DNA from: Oscillospiraceae bacterium
GTDB taxonomy: Bacteria > Bacillota > Clostridia > Oscillospirales > CAG-272
Direction: 5' to 3'
Length of the DNA: 64,000 bases
NCBI GenBank assembly: GCA_015065135.1
Contig: SVQY01000003.1
Span: forward strand, 12,667 to 76,666
Shown here: piece by piece, positions 27,486 through 36,700 of the stretch
How the letters are laid out: each line of letters starts with the position of its first letter
How positions within the stretch are numbered: position 1 is the stretch's first letter
Notes under the pieces: model-generated
What the model was told of the DNA's origin: nothing
The model's database searches: none
The model's input: the letters and a program-made list of their open reading frames with translations, nothing else
Program-made: the position numbers and the translations under genes

Positions 27486-27518
27486 GCAGCCGCCGGCAAT
27501 CACGCCGGCGGCTGCTTT
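27486..27518 (+). terminator. intrinsic terminator of the two-gene operon
   Basis: 12-bp GC-rich stem GCAGCCGCCGGC-aatcac-GCCGGCGGCTGC followed by TTT. Confidence 0.7.
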
Positions 27519-27568
27519 GGTGGAGGGTGTGGGGCGGCGGACACCGTCCATCACCTATTCACTACGCA

Positions 27569-27594
27569 AAAAGGCACCCGTTAGGGTGCCTTTT
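27569..27594 (-). terminator. intrinsic terminator downstream of tRNA-Ser (hairpin is symmetric, could act both ways)
   Basis: AAAAGGCACCC-gtta-GGGTGCCTTTT. Confidence 0.7.
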
Positions 27595-27696
27595 GCCCGG
27601 AGGAGAGGGTGGAAATAAATTTGAACTCTGCCCTCGCGGTATGAGGTTTGGCATATCGCTGCACGCCCCCGATATTTGGGAGCGGCAGCTTGCCAC

Positions 27697-27785
27697 TGGC
27701 GGAGGGTGTGGGATTCGAACCCACGTGGGGTTGCCCCCAAACGGTTTTCAAGACCGCCTCGTTATGACCACTTCGATAACCCTCC
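27697..27785 (-). tRNA. tRNA-Ser (anticodon UGA), encoded CCA
   Basis: Minus strand reads GGAGGGTTATCGAAGTGGTC...GGTCTTGAAAACC (loop CT-TGA-AA)...long variable arm TTGGGGGCAACCCCACG...GGGTTCGAATCCCACACCCTCCGCCA. 89 nt, class II cloverleaf. Confidence 0.9.
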
Positions 27786-27849
27786 GTGAAATGGGGAGAA
27801 AGGGGGGCTTTTCCGGGAGTCGCAGCTGCGACTCCCGGAAAAAGCGGAT

Positions 27850-29451
27850 TCAGCTTTCTTCGGATTCGGCGGTAGTCTTTGCCACATCGGTAGGAGCGTT
27901 TCCGTTCCGGATCTCTGCCTTGACGGCATCAAAGGTGTCCAGGATCTCTTGAGTGGGTTTGGGGGTTACCAGACTGATCACAATTACAAAGAGCAGGGAT
28001 ACGATGAATGCGGGCAGCAGCTCATAGATGTTCCAGATGCCGCCGAGCGGACGGATGGCATACTTCCAAACAAAGACCACAATGCCGCCGGACAGCATGC
28101 CGGCGAGCGCGCCCCATTTGTTGGTGCGCTTCCAGAACAGTGCGCAAAGCACCAGCGGACCAAAGGTGGCGCCGAAGCCGGCCCACGCAAAGGAAACGAT
28201 GCGGAACACAGAGCTATTGGGGTCCCAAGCGAAGAATACGGCAATGATTGCGATCACAAGCACGGTGCCGCGGGCAACCCACATTTGTGCCTTGTTGGAC
28301 ATATTCTTCCACGCAAAGCGCTTCACAAGGTTCTCGGAAACAGAGGAGGATGCAGCGAGCAGCTGCGAGTCGGCCGTGGACATAATAGAGGCCAGAATAC
28401 CGGCGATGATCATACCGGCAATAATGGCGGCAAAGGTGTCCAGAGAGCCAATGGCATCTGCCATATAAACAATGATGCGCTCGGGGTCAAAGCCTTCCTG
28501 CAGGATCATACCGTTGTTGCTGACAAAGGAGAAACCGATCACACCGATCAGAATGGCGATCGCCATAGAGAAGACGACCCATACGGTTGCTACACGGCGA
28601 GATACCTTCAGTTTTCCGCTATCCTCAATGGCCATAAAGCGTAGCAGGATATGGGGCATACCGAAGTAGCCGAGACCCCACGCAAGGGTAGAAACGATGG
28701 GTAAAAAGCCGAAGCTGCCGTCTGTACCGGTGAGGCTGAAATATTGCTTGAAATTGGTAAAGCCCTGCATGCTGCTGATGTTGTTGGCAATGTTCTGCGT
28801 GCCGCCGGCGCTCTCTACGCCGAAGCAGATGATCACAAACAGTGCAAAGGTCATGACCACAGATTGGATCAGGTCGGTGGTGGAAGCAGCAAGGAAGCCA
28901 CCCAGTATCGTGTAGGCCACCAGCACGATGGCACCGATGATCATAGCAGTGTGATAATTGACACCAAAGATCGATTCGAACAGCTTACCTACGGCAGAGA
29001 AGCCGGAGGCGGTGTAGGGAACGAAGAAGACGACGATGATCACGGCGGCGATGGCGGTCAGCATACCAGCCTTGTCACCGAAGCGGTCCGAGAAAAAGTC
29101 GGGAATGGTGTTCGATTTGGTGCGTGCCGAGTAATGGCGGATGCGCTTGGCGACGATCAACCAGTTGAGGTAAGTGCCTATAGCCAAGCCGATTGCAGTC
29201 CATACTGCTTCAGCAAAGCCTGTGGTGGCGCCTACAAAGGCGGTGGTCAGAGCAAGGCCCGGCAGACCCATCAAAAGCCAGGAGGACATATCCGATGCTT
29301 CGGCACTCATGGCGGTCACGTAAGGACCGAGCTTTCTGCCACCGAGATAGAAGTCATCGGTGCTTTTGTTTCTGCGGGAGCATTTGATGCCGACCCATAT
29401 GATGTAAGCCATATAGGCGATAATTGCTACCCAAATCATGGACAATTTCAT
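27850..29451 (-). CDS. putP: sodium:proline symporter (SSS family)
   Basis: DFYLGGRKLGP..TAMSAEASDMSSWLLMGLPG N-terminal signature of PutP. About 13 TM segments, 533 aa. Promoter TTGACT-17-TATAAT upstream on the minus strand. Confidence 0.85.
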   Translation of the reverse strand: MKLSMIWVAIIAYMAYIIWVGIKCSRRNKSTDDFYLGGRKLGPYVTAMSAEASDMSSWLLMGLPGLALTTAFVGATTGFAEAVWTAIGLAIGTYLNWLIVAKRIRHYSARTKSNTIPDFFSDRFGDKAGMLTAIAAVIIVVFFVPYTASGFSAVGKLFESIFGVNYHTAMIIGAIVLVAYTILGGFLAASTTDLIQSVVMTFALFVIICFGVESAGGTQNIANNISSMQGFTNFKQYFSLTGTDGSFGFLPIVSTLAWGLGYFGMPHILLRFMAIEDSGKLKVSRRVATVWVVFSMAIAILIGVIGFSFVSNNGMILQEGFDPERIIVYMADAIGSLDTFAAIIAGMIIAGILASIMSTADSQLLAASSSVSENLVKRFAWKNMSNKAQMWVARGTVLVIAIIAVFFAWDPNSSVFRIVSFAWAGFGATFGPLVLCALFWKRTNKWGALAGMLSGGIVVFVWKYAIRPLGGIWNIYELLPAFIVSLLFVIVISLVTPKPTQEILDTFDAVKAEIRNGNAPTDVAKTTAESEES

Positions 29452-29674
29452 TGTTTTTCCTTCTTTCTATTATGCGCGCATGCGCAAAGATGGAGATATT
29501 ATAGCATATAATATAGCCAAAGTCAAGATTGGAACGGGAGAAAAAACGGATGATTTGTAAAAAATAAAACTTTTTTTCTTCTTGCTATTGCATTTTGAAA
29601 TTGTTTGTGGTATAATACCTGCATATTATGTGTCACTATGCGAAGATTGCCTTCGCAGATCTTTATGGAGGTAT

Positions 29675-29929
29675 ATGATGAATCCGTTGATTTTGACTCT
29701 GGGCATCGTTCTGATCGTTCTGGCAGTATTCCTGGTCGTTGCAGTTCTGCTGCAAAGCGGCAAGGATAAGAAGCTTTCCGGTTCTATCGCCGGTGGCGCC
29801 GATACTTACTTCGGTAAGACCAAGGCCAGATCCTGGGATAAGATCCTGTCCATTGCAACCACTGTGATTGCCATTCTTTTTGTGGCGCTCGTGGTCGTGT
29901 TGTACGTGTTGATTGCAAGACTGTTCTGA
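29675..29929 (+). CDS. secG: preprotein translocase subunit SecG
   Basis: 84 aa, two TM helices, LLQSGKDKKLSGSIAGG motif. ATG follows GGAGG. Promoter TTGCAT-17-TATAAT (TGg) upstream. Confidence 0.8.
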   Translation: MMNPLILTLGIVLIVLAVFLVVAVLLQSGKDKKLSGSIAGGADTYFGKTKARSWDKILSIATTVIAILFVALVVVLYVLIARLF

Positions 29930-29998
29930 TGAACGAAAAGCAGTAGCTGCAAGTGTGTTATCCACTTGCGGCTCTCTTTTTTGCCAAAAGGAGAAAAT

Positions 29999-30979
29999 AT
30001 GGAGCTTTTTGTACCAACATTATCCAGAATGGGGTATCTGTTTGCCCTCATTGTGATCGGATATGTTCTAATGAAGCTGCGGGTGGTGCCGGATAACGCC
30101 GCAGGTGTGCTCTCTAAGCTGGAGAACAATGTATTCATTCCGGCGCTGGTCATGGGCACCTTTATGACCAAGTTTACAGTTGATACCATACAGACTGCCG
30201 GTGTCTTTTTGCTCGGCGGTGTGATCACCATTGCCATTACCGCTCCGTTGGCGATCCTGCTCAGCAGAGGCTGCAGCAAGGATGCCTACGTGCGAAAGAT
30301 CTGTATATACGGTCTTGCCTTTTCCAATTTCGGCTTTATGGGCAACGCGGTGGTGGAAAAGCTGTTTCCTGAAGTGTTTTTGAACTATCTGATCTTCACA
30401 CTACCGTTTTGGGCGTTGATCTATACCTGGGGCGTACCGGCGCTGCTCATTCCCGCAGGAGAAGGGAAGCGGACCGCGTGGCAACGCGTGAAGCCGTTTT
30501 TGAACCCGATGTTCGTGGGTATGATCCTGGGCGTGATCCTTGGTTTGTTACCGTTTTCCGGGCACGGGTATGAGAATTTTGGATTTTTCGGTAGCCTTGT
30601 AAAGGATCTGGGCAGCTGTATGTCGCCCGTGGCAATGATCCTGACCGGTATGACCATTGCCAAGATCGACATTGCCAAAACACTGAAAAATATGCCCATC
30701 TACCTGACCTCGGTCTTGCGGCTGGTCATCATCCCGTTGGTTGCGATCGGTATTTTTGCGCTTGCGCTGCACCTGTTTCCGTCGCTTCCCAAAGAGGTGA
30801 TCCTTTGTGCGCTGTGCGCGCTTGCAATGCCGTTGGGGCTCAGCACCATCGTGGTGCCCGCGGGGTACGGCATGGATACCACCGTGGCCTCCGGCATGGC
30901 GCTGGTATCCCATCTCCTTTCCTGCATCACCATTCCCTTGATCTTTTTGCTGGCACAGAGCATCGGCATTTTGCCGTGA
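29999..30979 (+). CDS. AEC (auxin efflux carrier / malate permease-like) family transporter
   Basis: 326 aa polytopic membrane protein with N-terminus MELFVPTLSRMGYLFALIVIGYVLMK, typical of the AEC family. ATG 29999 follows AAAGGAGAA. Confidence 0.7.
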   Translation: MELFVPTLSRMGYLFALIVIGYVLMKLRVVPDNAAGVLSKLENNVFIPALVMGTFMTKFTVDTIQTAGVFLLGGVITIAITAPLAILLSRGCSKDAYVRKICIYGLAFSNFGFMGNAVVEKLFPEVFLNYLIFTLPFWALIYTWGVPALLIPAGEGKRTAWQRVKPFLNPMFVGMILGVILGLLPFSGHGYENFGFFGSLVKDLGSCMSPVAMILTGMTIAKIDIAKTLKNMPIYLTSVLRLVIIPLVAIGIFALALHLFPSLPKEVILCALCALAMPLGLSTIVVPAGYGMDTTVASGMALVSHLLSCITIPLIFLLAQSIGILP

Positions 30980-31142
30980 TCTGTCCTACGCCTAACGGGC
31001 GACCGCTGCACGCGGCCGCCCGTATTTTTGTAATCTTCCAAAATCCGTGAATTCCACAAAAAATAAAAATCGCATTTTGCCACTTTTTTCTTGACATTTC
31101 GCTGTAAATATACTATGATTAGTGTATGGAAACCTATAATAA

Positions 31143-31934
31143 ATGAACGATAAGGTGGTAAAATGCGATATGCTGAAATTCAATGACGTACAACTGGAAT
31201 ATGTGAATATGGGCCTTTTCGACAGCGATAAGGAATGGATCCATCCGACCGTGACCGTGAATACCTACGAGATCATCTACGTGGTGGAGGGAGAGATCCA
31301 CATCCGCGAGGGCGAGCAGCGTTACGATCTGGTCAAGGGGGATATGCTGCTGCTGGAGCCCGGCATTGAGCATGGCGGCACGGCCGTCAGTCTGGGGCGC
31401 ACCTCCTTTTATTGGCTACACTATCATTGCACCCACCACGAGGCATTGGAGCTGCCCAAGCGCTCTGCGCCGGATGAGGTCACGGCGCTTCGTACGATGA
31501 ATGAGCTGATGCATCTGCAGCAGGCGAACCCCACGGTAGCAGAGCTGGCGCTGGCGCGCTTTTTGCTGGAGTGCGGCAGGGTGGCGGAATATGGCAACAA
31601 GCGCCTGGCCGAGATCGTGGAATATATCCGCGCCAATAGCAGGGAGCCGCTTTCCGTGGTGGATGTGGCTGCCCGTTACGGGTACAGCGCAGACCATCTT
31701 TCGCGTATGTTCAAAAAGGAATTCGGCTACGATGCCAAAACGGCCATTGTTAAAAAGCGTCTGGAGTACATTGAATCCCGTTTGCTCAATTCCGAGTACT
31801 CGATCAAGGAGATCGCGGCGCAGTGTGGCTTTGAGGACGAGAATTCCTTTGTCAAGTTTTTTAAATATCACACCAAGACCACGCCGACGCTGTTCCGCAA
31901 CAGGTACTTCCACGTACATTTGAACAGTAAATAA
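31143..31934 (+). CDS. AraC family transcriptional regulator
   Basis: N-terminal cupin and C-terminal AraC HTH (IKEIAAQCGFEDENSFVKFFKYHTKTTPTLFR). Promoter TTGACA-17-TATGAT upstream. Confidence 0.85.
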   Translation: MNDKVVKCDMLKFNDVQLEYVNMGLFDSDKEWIHPTVTVNTYEIIYVVEGEIHIREGEQRYDLVKGDMLLLEPGIEHGGTAVSLGRTSFYWLHYHCTHHEALELPKRSAPDEVTALRTMNELMHLQQANPTVAELALARFLLECGRVAEYGNKRLAEIVEYIRANSREPLSVVDVAARYGYSADHLSRMFKKEFGYDAKTAIVKKRLEYIESRLLNSEYSIKEIAAQCGFEDENSFVKFFKYHTKTTPTLFRNRYFHVHLNSK

Positions 31935-31937
31935 GAA

Positions 31938-32720
31938 ATGAAGCTGACGGTCCTGACTGAAAATACCGTATGCGACACCGCTCTTACCCCGGAGCACGGT
32001 GTAAGCTTTTATATTGAAACCGCGGCGCACCGCATTCTTTTTGATATGGGGCAAAGCGCACTGTTTGCCACGCACGCCACTCGTATGGGGGTCGATCTTT
32101 CTGCGGTGGATATTGCCGTTCTTTCCCACGGTCATTATGATCACGGCGGCGGTCTTGCACACTTTTTGCAGATCAACAAAACGGCACCCGTTTATCTGAG
32201 CGAGCATGCCTTTGAGCCGCATTATCGCAAGGACGGTACCGATATTGGTCTTTCGGCTGCGCTGGCACGGGAGCCGCGATTGGTGCGGGTCGGAGAGCAT
32301 CTGAAGATCGACGATGAGCTGGAGCTGTTCGCCTGCAACTGCCGGGAGCGCCCCTTTGGCACCGATACGGCGGGGCTTTGTATGGCGGGGATGGAGCCGG
32401 AGGATTTCCGGCATGAGCAATATCTGCTCATCAAAGAGCATGACAAACGCATTCTGATCAGCGGTTGCTCGCACAAGGGTATTCTGAACATTGTCGAGTG
32501 GTTTTCGCCCGATGTACTGATCGGTGGTCTGCATCTGAACAAGCACGCTACCATCGGTGCGGAAAGCGAAGCGCTGGCGCGCATCGCCGGGCAGCTGATG
32601 CAAAAGGACACGGTATATTACACCTGCCATTGCACGGGCATACCGCAGTACGATTTTTTGCGGGAACGGATGGGAGAGCGTATCTGTTATCTTTCCTGCG
32701 GCACAACGGTGCAGATATAA
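31938..32720 (+). CDS. MBL-fold metallo-hydrolase
   Basis: LSHGHYDHGGG metal-binding motif. 260 aa. Confidence 0.8.
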   Translation: MKLTVLTENTVCDTALTPEHGVSFYIETAAHRILFDMGQSALFATHATRMGVDLSAVDIAVLSHGHYDHGGGLAHFLQINKTAPVYLSEHAFEPHYRKDGTDIGLSAALAREPRLVRVGEHLKIDDELELFACNCRERPFGTDTAGLCMAGMEPEDFRHEQYLLIKEHDKRILISGCSHKGILNIVEWFSPDVLIGGLHLNKHATIGAESEALARIAGQLMQKDTVYYTCHCTGIPQYDFLRERMGERICYLSCGTTVQI

Positions 32721-32757
32721 AAAAAGAGAGCGATGCCGAGCATCGCTCTCTTTTTTA
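32721..32757. terminator. bidirectional intrinsic terminator
   Basis: AGAGAGCGATG-ccgag-CATCGCTCTCT flanked by an A-run and a T-run, between convergent genes. Confidence 0.85.
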
Positions 32758-33594
32758 TATGTTTGCCTTGCGGAATTCCTTGGGGGCGCGGCCGAGACTC
32801 TGTCGGAAAACGTGGTCGAAGGAGCGAATGCTCTGAAAGCCGCTTTCAAAGGCGATCTCGGCAAGAGGGAGCTCGGTATCGCGCAGCAGCTGCAGGGCAT
32901 GGTTGGTGCGGTACTGATTGACCATCGTTTTGAAGTTGATGCCGAAGATGTTGTTGAACACGCGCGAAAGGTATTGATAGTTGTAGCCCTTGGCATCGGC
33001 TACGTCGTGGAGTGAGATATCGCTTCTGAAGTTTTCTTCAATATAAGTCACGACCTCAATGGCGGTGATGTCGCCGCTGCCCATGTCGATCAGTGTGGCG
33101 CGCTCCAGCAGCTCGCTGCCCAGAATGTAAAGCAGCCCCTTCAGGCGCATGCGCTTTTGTGTGGGGACCTGTAGCTGCAGGCCGCTACGCTTGCCAAAGA
33201 GGGAATCGATCCCCTCCAGAAACAACTGCGTCACGTTCTCGTTGGGGTGGAATACCGGCTCTGTGATCCGTTTCTTATTGAAAATTTTTGCCATTGTCAG
33301 AATGAGCAGCTCACTAAAGGTCACGCAGCGTACGGCGGCATCGGGGCAAACGCGAAAGGCGTGGATCTGAAAGGGGAGGATGAAGATGGCGTCGCCTTGC
33401 TGCAGCGTGTAGTCGATTTCGCCTACCGTACATACACATTCGCCCTTCTGCACCACAATGACCTCGTAGTTTTTGTGAAAGTGGAGCGAATTGAACTCCC
33501 AGGAATTGTAGTCATAAAGATAGGTGGAAAGCTCGGATCTGCTGGTGTTTTCGCTTTGATGATAAAAGCTTTTCTTGATCATAAGCGCCTCCAA
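32755..33594 (-). CDS. AraC family transcriptional regulator
   Basis: Cupin N-domain (FHKNYEVIVVQKGE) and C-terminal AraC HTH (LAEIAFESGFQSIRSFDHVFRQSLGRAPKEFR). Divergent from the large surface-protein gene. Confidence 0.85.
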   Translation of the reverse strand: MEALMIKKSFYHQSENTSRSELSTYLYDYNSWEFNSLHFHKNYEVIVVQKGECVCTVGEIDYTLQQGDAIFILPFQIHAFRVCPDAAVRCVTFSELLILTMAKIFNKKRITEPVFHPNENVTQLFLEGIDSLFGKRSGLQLQVPTQKRMRLKGLLYILGSELLERATLIDMGSGDITAIEVVTYIEENFRSDISLHDVADAKGYNYQYLSRVFNNIFGINFKTMVNQYRTNHALQLLRDTELPLAEIAFESGFQSIRSFDHVFRQSLGRAPKEFRKANI

Positions 33595-33715
33595 AAAGTA
33601 AACTTCTTGCTATAAATCATACAACAAATGTTTTGTGTTGTCAAGCGAAGTATGATAAATTTAAAGCAGAGGGGTGTTCATACGATCATCTGCCCCATCG
33701 GAAAGGAGCATAACA

Positions 33716-36700
33716 ATGAAAAAAGTTCTTGCTATTTCGCTGTCGCTTTGCATGCTGCTGCCGCTTTTTGCGCTGCTGCCCGTATTTGCGGCAACCCCTG
33801 CCGAAGGCTTTGATTTCACCGGCGGCGATAAGTGGTACTACATGGACGGCACCTTGCCGGATGCCCCCCGCACCGTTGAGGCGTGGATCTGGGTAGACCC
33901 TGCAAATGCCACCAAGACCAGAACCATCATCAGTAACTATAACGGTTTTACCAGTATTCCTTACTGGCACCTGGCTGTGAAGTATACCGAGGCCGATGGA
34001 CTGTATCCTTATTTTGAGTGGAACGAGCTTTCCAACAATTCTACCAGCGTAAGAAAATTCAATTTTACCAAAACAAAGATCGAGCCCAGCGTTTGGACGC
34101 ACATCACGGTGGTGATCGACGCAGAAAACAACTGCTGCCATTGCTATAAGGACGGCGCATACGTGCAGAGCAACAATGCCGGCATCCAGCTTGGCGATAT
34201 CACGCGCAACGTGACCGAGCTGCCTTTGGTGATCGGCAACGACTGCCGCCCCGATCTGCCCGATGCCCGCGTGTTCGGCGGCAAGATCGCAAGCATCTCT
34301 ATTTTTAACGACGTGCGTACCGCGGCTGAGATCCAAAGCGACTTTGCAAACGGCGCGAACTATAACGATGCCAATGCCATCGCTCATTGGGAGCTGCCCG
34401 CAAACGGCGGCGCGGTGACCGACAAGAGCGGCAAGTCTGCGGGTCTGACGCTGAGCAAATATTGGCTGACCGAGGCAGAGATGCAGGCCATCCGCGGCAA
34501 CGATTTTAACCCCGCTTACTCCTTTGCCATTGTGGGTGATATCCAGTATATGACCGAGTGGCAGGCAGAGAATGGCGGCACCGCTCACGTGGCCAATCTG
34601 CACAAGTGGATCGCTGACAACATTGCAAGCAAGAACATCAAGTTCATGGCGGGCATGGGTGACGTGACCAACAACAATACTGCTGCCGAGTGGCAGATCG
34701 CCTATGAGGCCATCAAGCAGCTCAACGGCAAGATCCCCTATTCCGTTATCAACGGTAACCACGATCTTTATACCGGCGACGGTAAGGTCGGCCCCAACGG
34801 CATCAACAGCTATTTTGGCGCGGATGAAGCGTATATGAGCCAGTTTGCCGGTGAAAACGGCGGCCTTTACGAAGAGGGATCGGCGCGCAATACCTACACC
34901 AAGTTTACCGTTGGCAGCACCAAGTGGCTGTTCATCAATCTGGACTATTCCCCCACAGACGACATTCTGGCATGGGCCAACCGCGTGGTGGCGGATCACC
35001 CCGACCACAAGGTGGTCATGACCACTCACGGTTATATGCATATGGACGGCACGCCTCTTTCTCACGAGGATTCGAGCAGCATGAGCTACAACAGCGGCGA
35101 GGAGATGTGGACCAAGTTCGTCTCCCTGCACGAGAACATCGTGATGGTGCTGTCGGGTCATATGGAGTGCAACCTGCTGCAGATGAAGCAGGCCAAGGGC
35201 GTGCACGGCAACACCGTGACCCAGTTCCTCATCGACCAGCAGACGATCGATTTGGCTTTGATGAATAAGGGCCAGCTGCCCCTCGGCCTTGTGGCAATGT
35301 TCTACTTTGACGAGGACGGCGAGAACGTCTCCGTGGAATGGTATTCCACCACCTACGACAAATATTTCCAGACCCGTAATCAGTTTTCCTTCAACATGAA
35401 CGCCGAGAGCGAGGAGCAGATCTTCCCCTGGGACGGTCTTGCCGTTGCCCCCAAGGGTGCCGGCACCGAGAGCAATCCTTACATTGTGGAAAACGGCGGT
35501 AACCTGCTCTGGATGGCAAATCAAATCCAGCAGATCGACCTTTCCGCAGGCGGCACGCCCTCCTTTGAAAACGCCTATTTCAAGCAGGTCTGCGATATTG
35601 ATCTCGACGGTCTTGTGATCAAGTCTATCGGTTACTATCATACCAGCCAGGGCAACATCAACAAGGTTGCTGCCTTTGCGGGTCATTACGACGGCGGCGG
35701 ATACAGCATCAAGAACGGCCGCGTGATCCCCAGCGGCACGAGCCATGAATCCAACATCAACTGGTGTGACGGCCTGTTCGGTTGTATCTACGGTGCTACC
35801 ATCGAGAACGTGACCCTGGATAACGTGACCATTTGGAGCCGCGGCGTGACCGGCGGCATCGTGGGTCGCGCGACCGCGCCCAGAAATACAAGTCCCTCCT
35901 CTGATTTCAATGTGATCTCCAACTGTCATATCAAATCGAACTGCCGCATCGTTTCCACCTGGCAGCTTGATCAGCGATATAAGCCCGGTTACGATGGTGC
36001 AGAGAACAAGCTCCTTCCCGAGGGCGCACTTGACTACAATACCCGTTATCGCGCCGGCATCGTGGGCGGTATCTGCGGCATGGCCTACGCCACCATCATC
36101 AAGGGCTGCACCAATGCGGTGGAGTTCACGCTGGATAACACCCACACGCTGGCAGGCGGTATCGCAGGCACCGCGGGCTATAATACGGTCATTGAGAGCT
36201 GCGCCTTCACGGGCGGTATGACCCTGACCGGCACCGAGCCTATGGTCGGCACCACCGTGATCGATGCCACCTTTGGCGGCATCGTGGGTCTGCTGTCGCC
36301 TAACATGGAGACCAACACCATGGGTGACAAGGATAATTTCATTGGCTCCTTGACTGTCCGCAACTGCTATAACAGCGGTTACTTCATCTATACCGGTGCG
36401 GATATGCCCGACGGCATGGAAATGCACTGGGGCGGCATTCTCGGTCACGCCACCAAGCTGGCAACGCTTGACGCCAACCGCACCTATCTGATCGAGAATT
36501 GCTATAACGTCTATGAGAAAGCAGTCGAGCCTGCGTTGGCAGACAATGCCAATTACTGGATCGGCGGCATCGTGGGTAAGGCAAACGTGGGTGATTACCA
36601 CTTCTGGGAAAGCCTCAACGTCAAGAATTGTGCCTCTGTCGCCGTGGCTGCAAGGGGCGGTGACGCAGCTGCTTCCACCAACGAATACCGTATGCCCGGA

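Noticed and set aside
27555-27740. 61-aa minus-strand ORF and 203-aa plus-strand ORF (27341..27952) spanning the tRNA region
   Set aside because: They overlap the tRNA-Ser gene and two terminator hairpins, and they have no RBS or coding features.
27811-27846. Hairpin TTCCGGGAGTCGCAGCTGCGACTCCCGGAA downstream of putP as an intrinsic terminator
   Set aside because: It is a perfect palindromic stem, but no U-run follows it on the putP (minus) strand. It may be a processing or stability element, or putP may read through to the tRNA. The evidence is not enough to call a terminator.
21602-27850. Integrated mobile element or prophage carrying the two-gene module
   Set aside because: There is no integrase, recombinase, transposase, phage structural gene or clear direct repeat. 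Only tRNA adjacency, a weak tRNA-like remnant and an impression of lower G+C remain, and these are reported separately as a low-interest finding.
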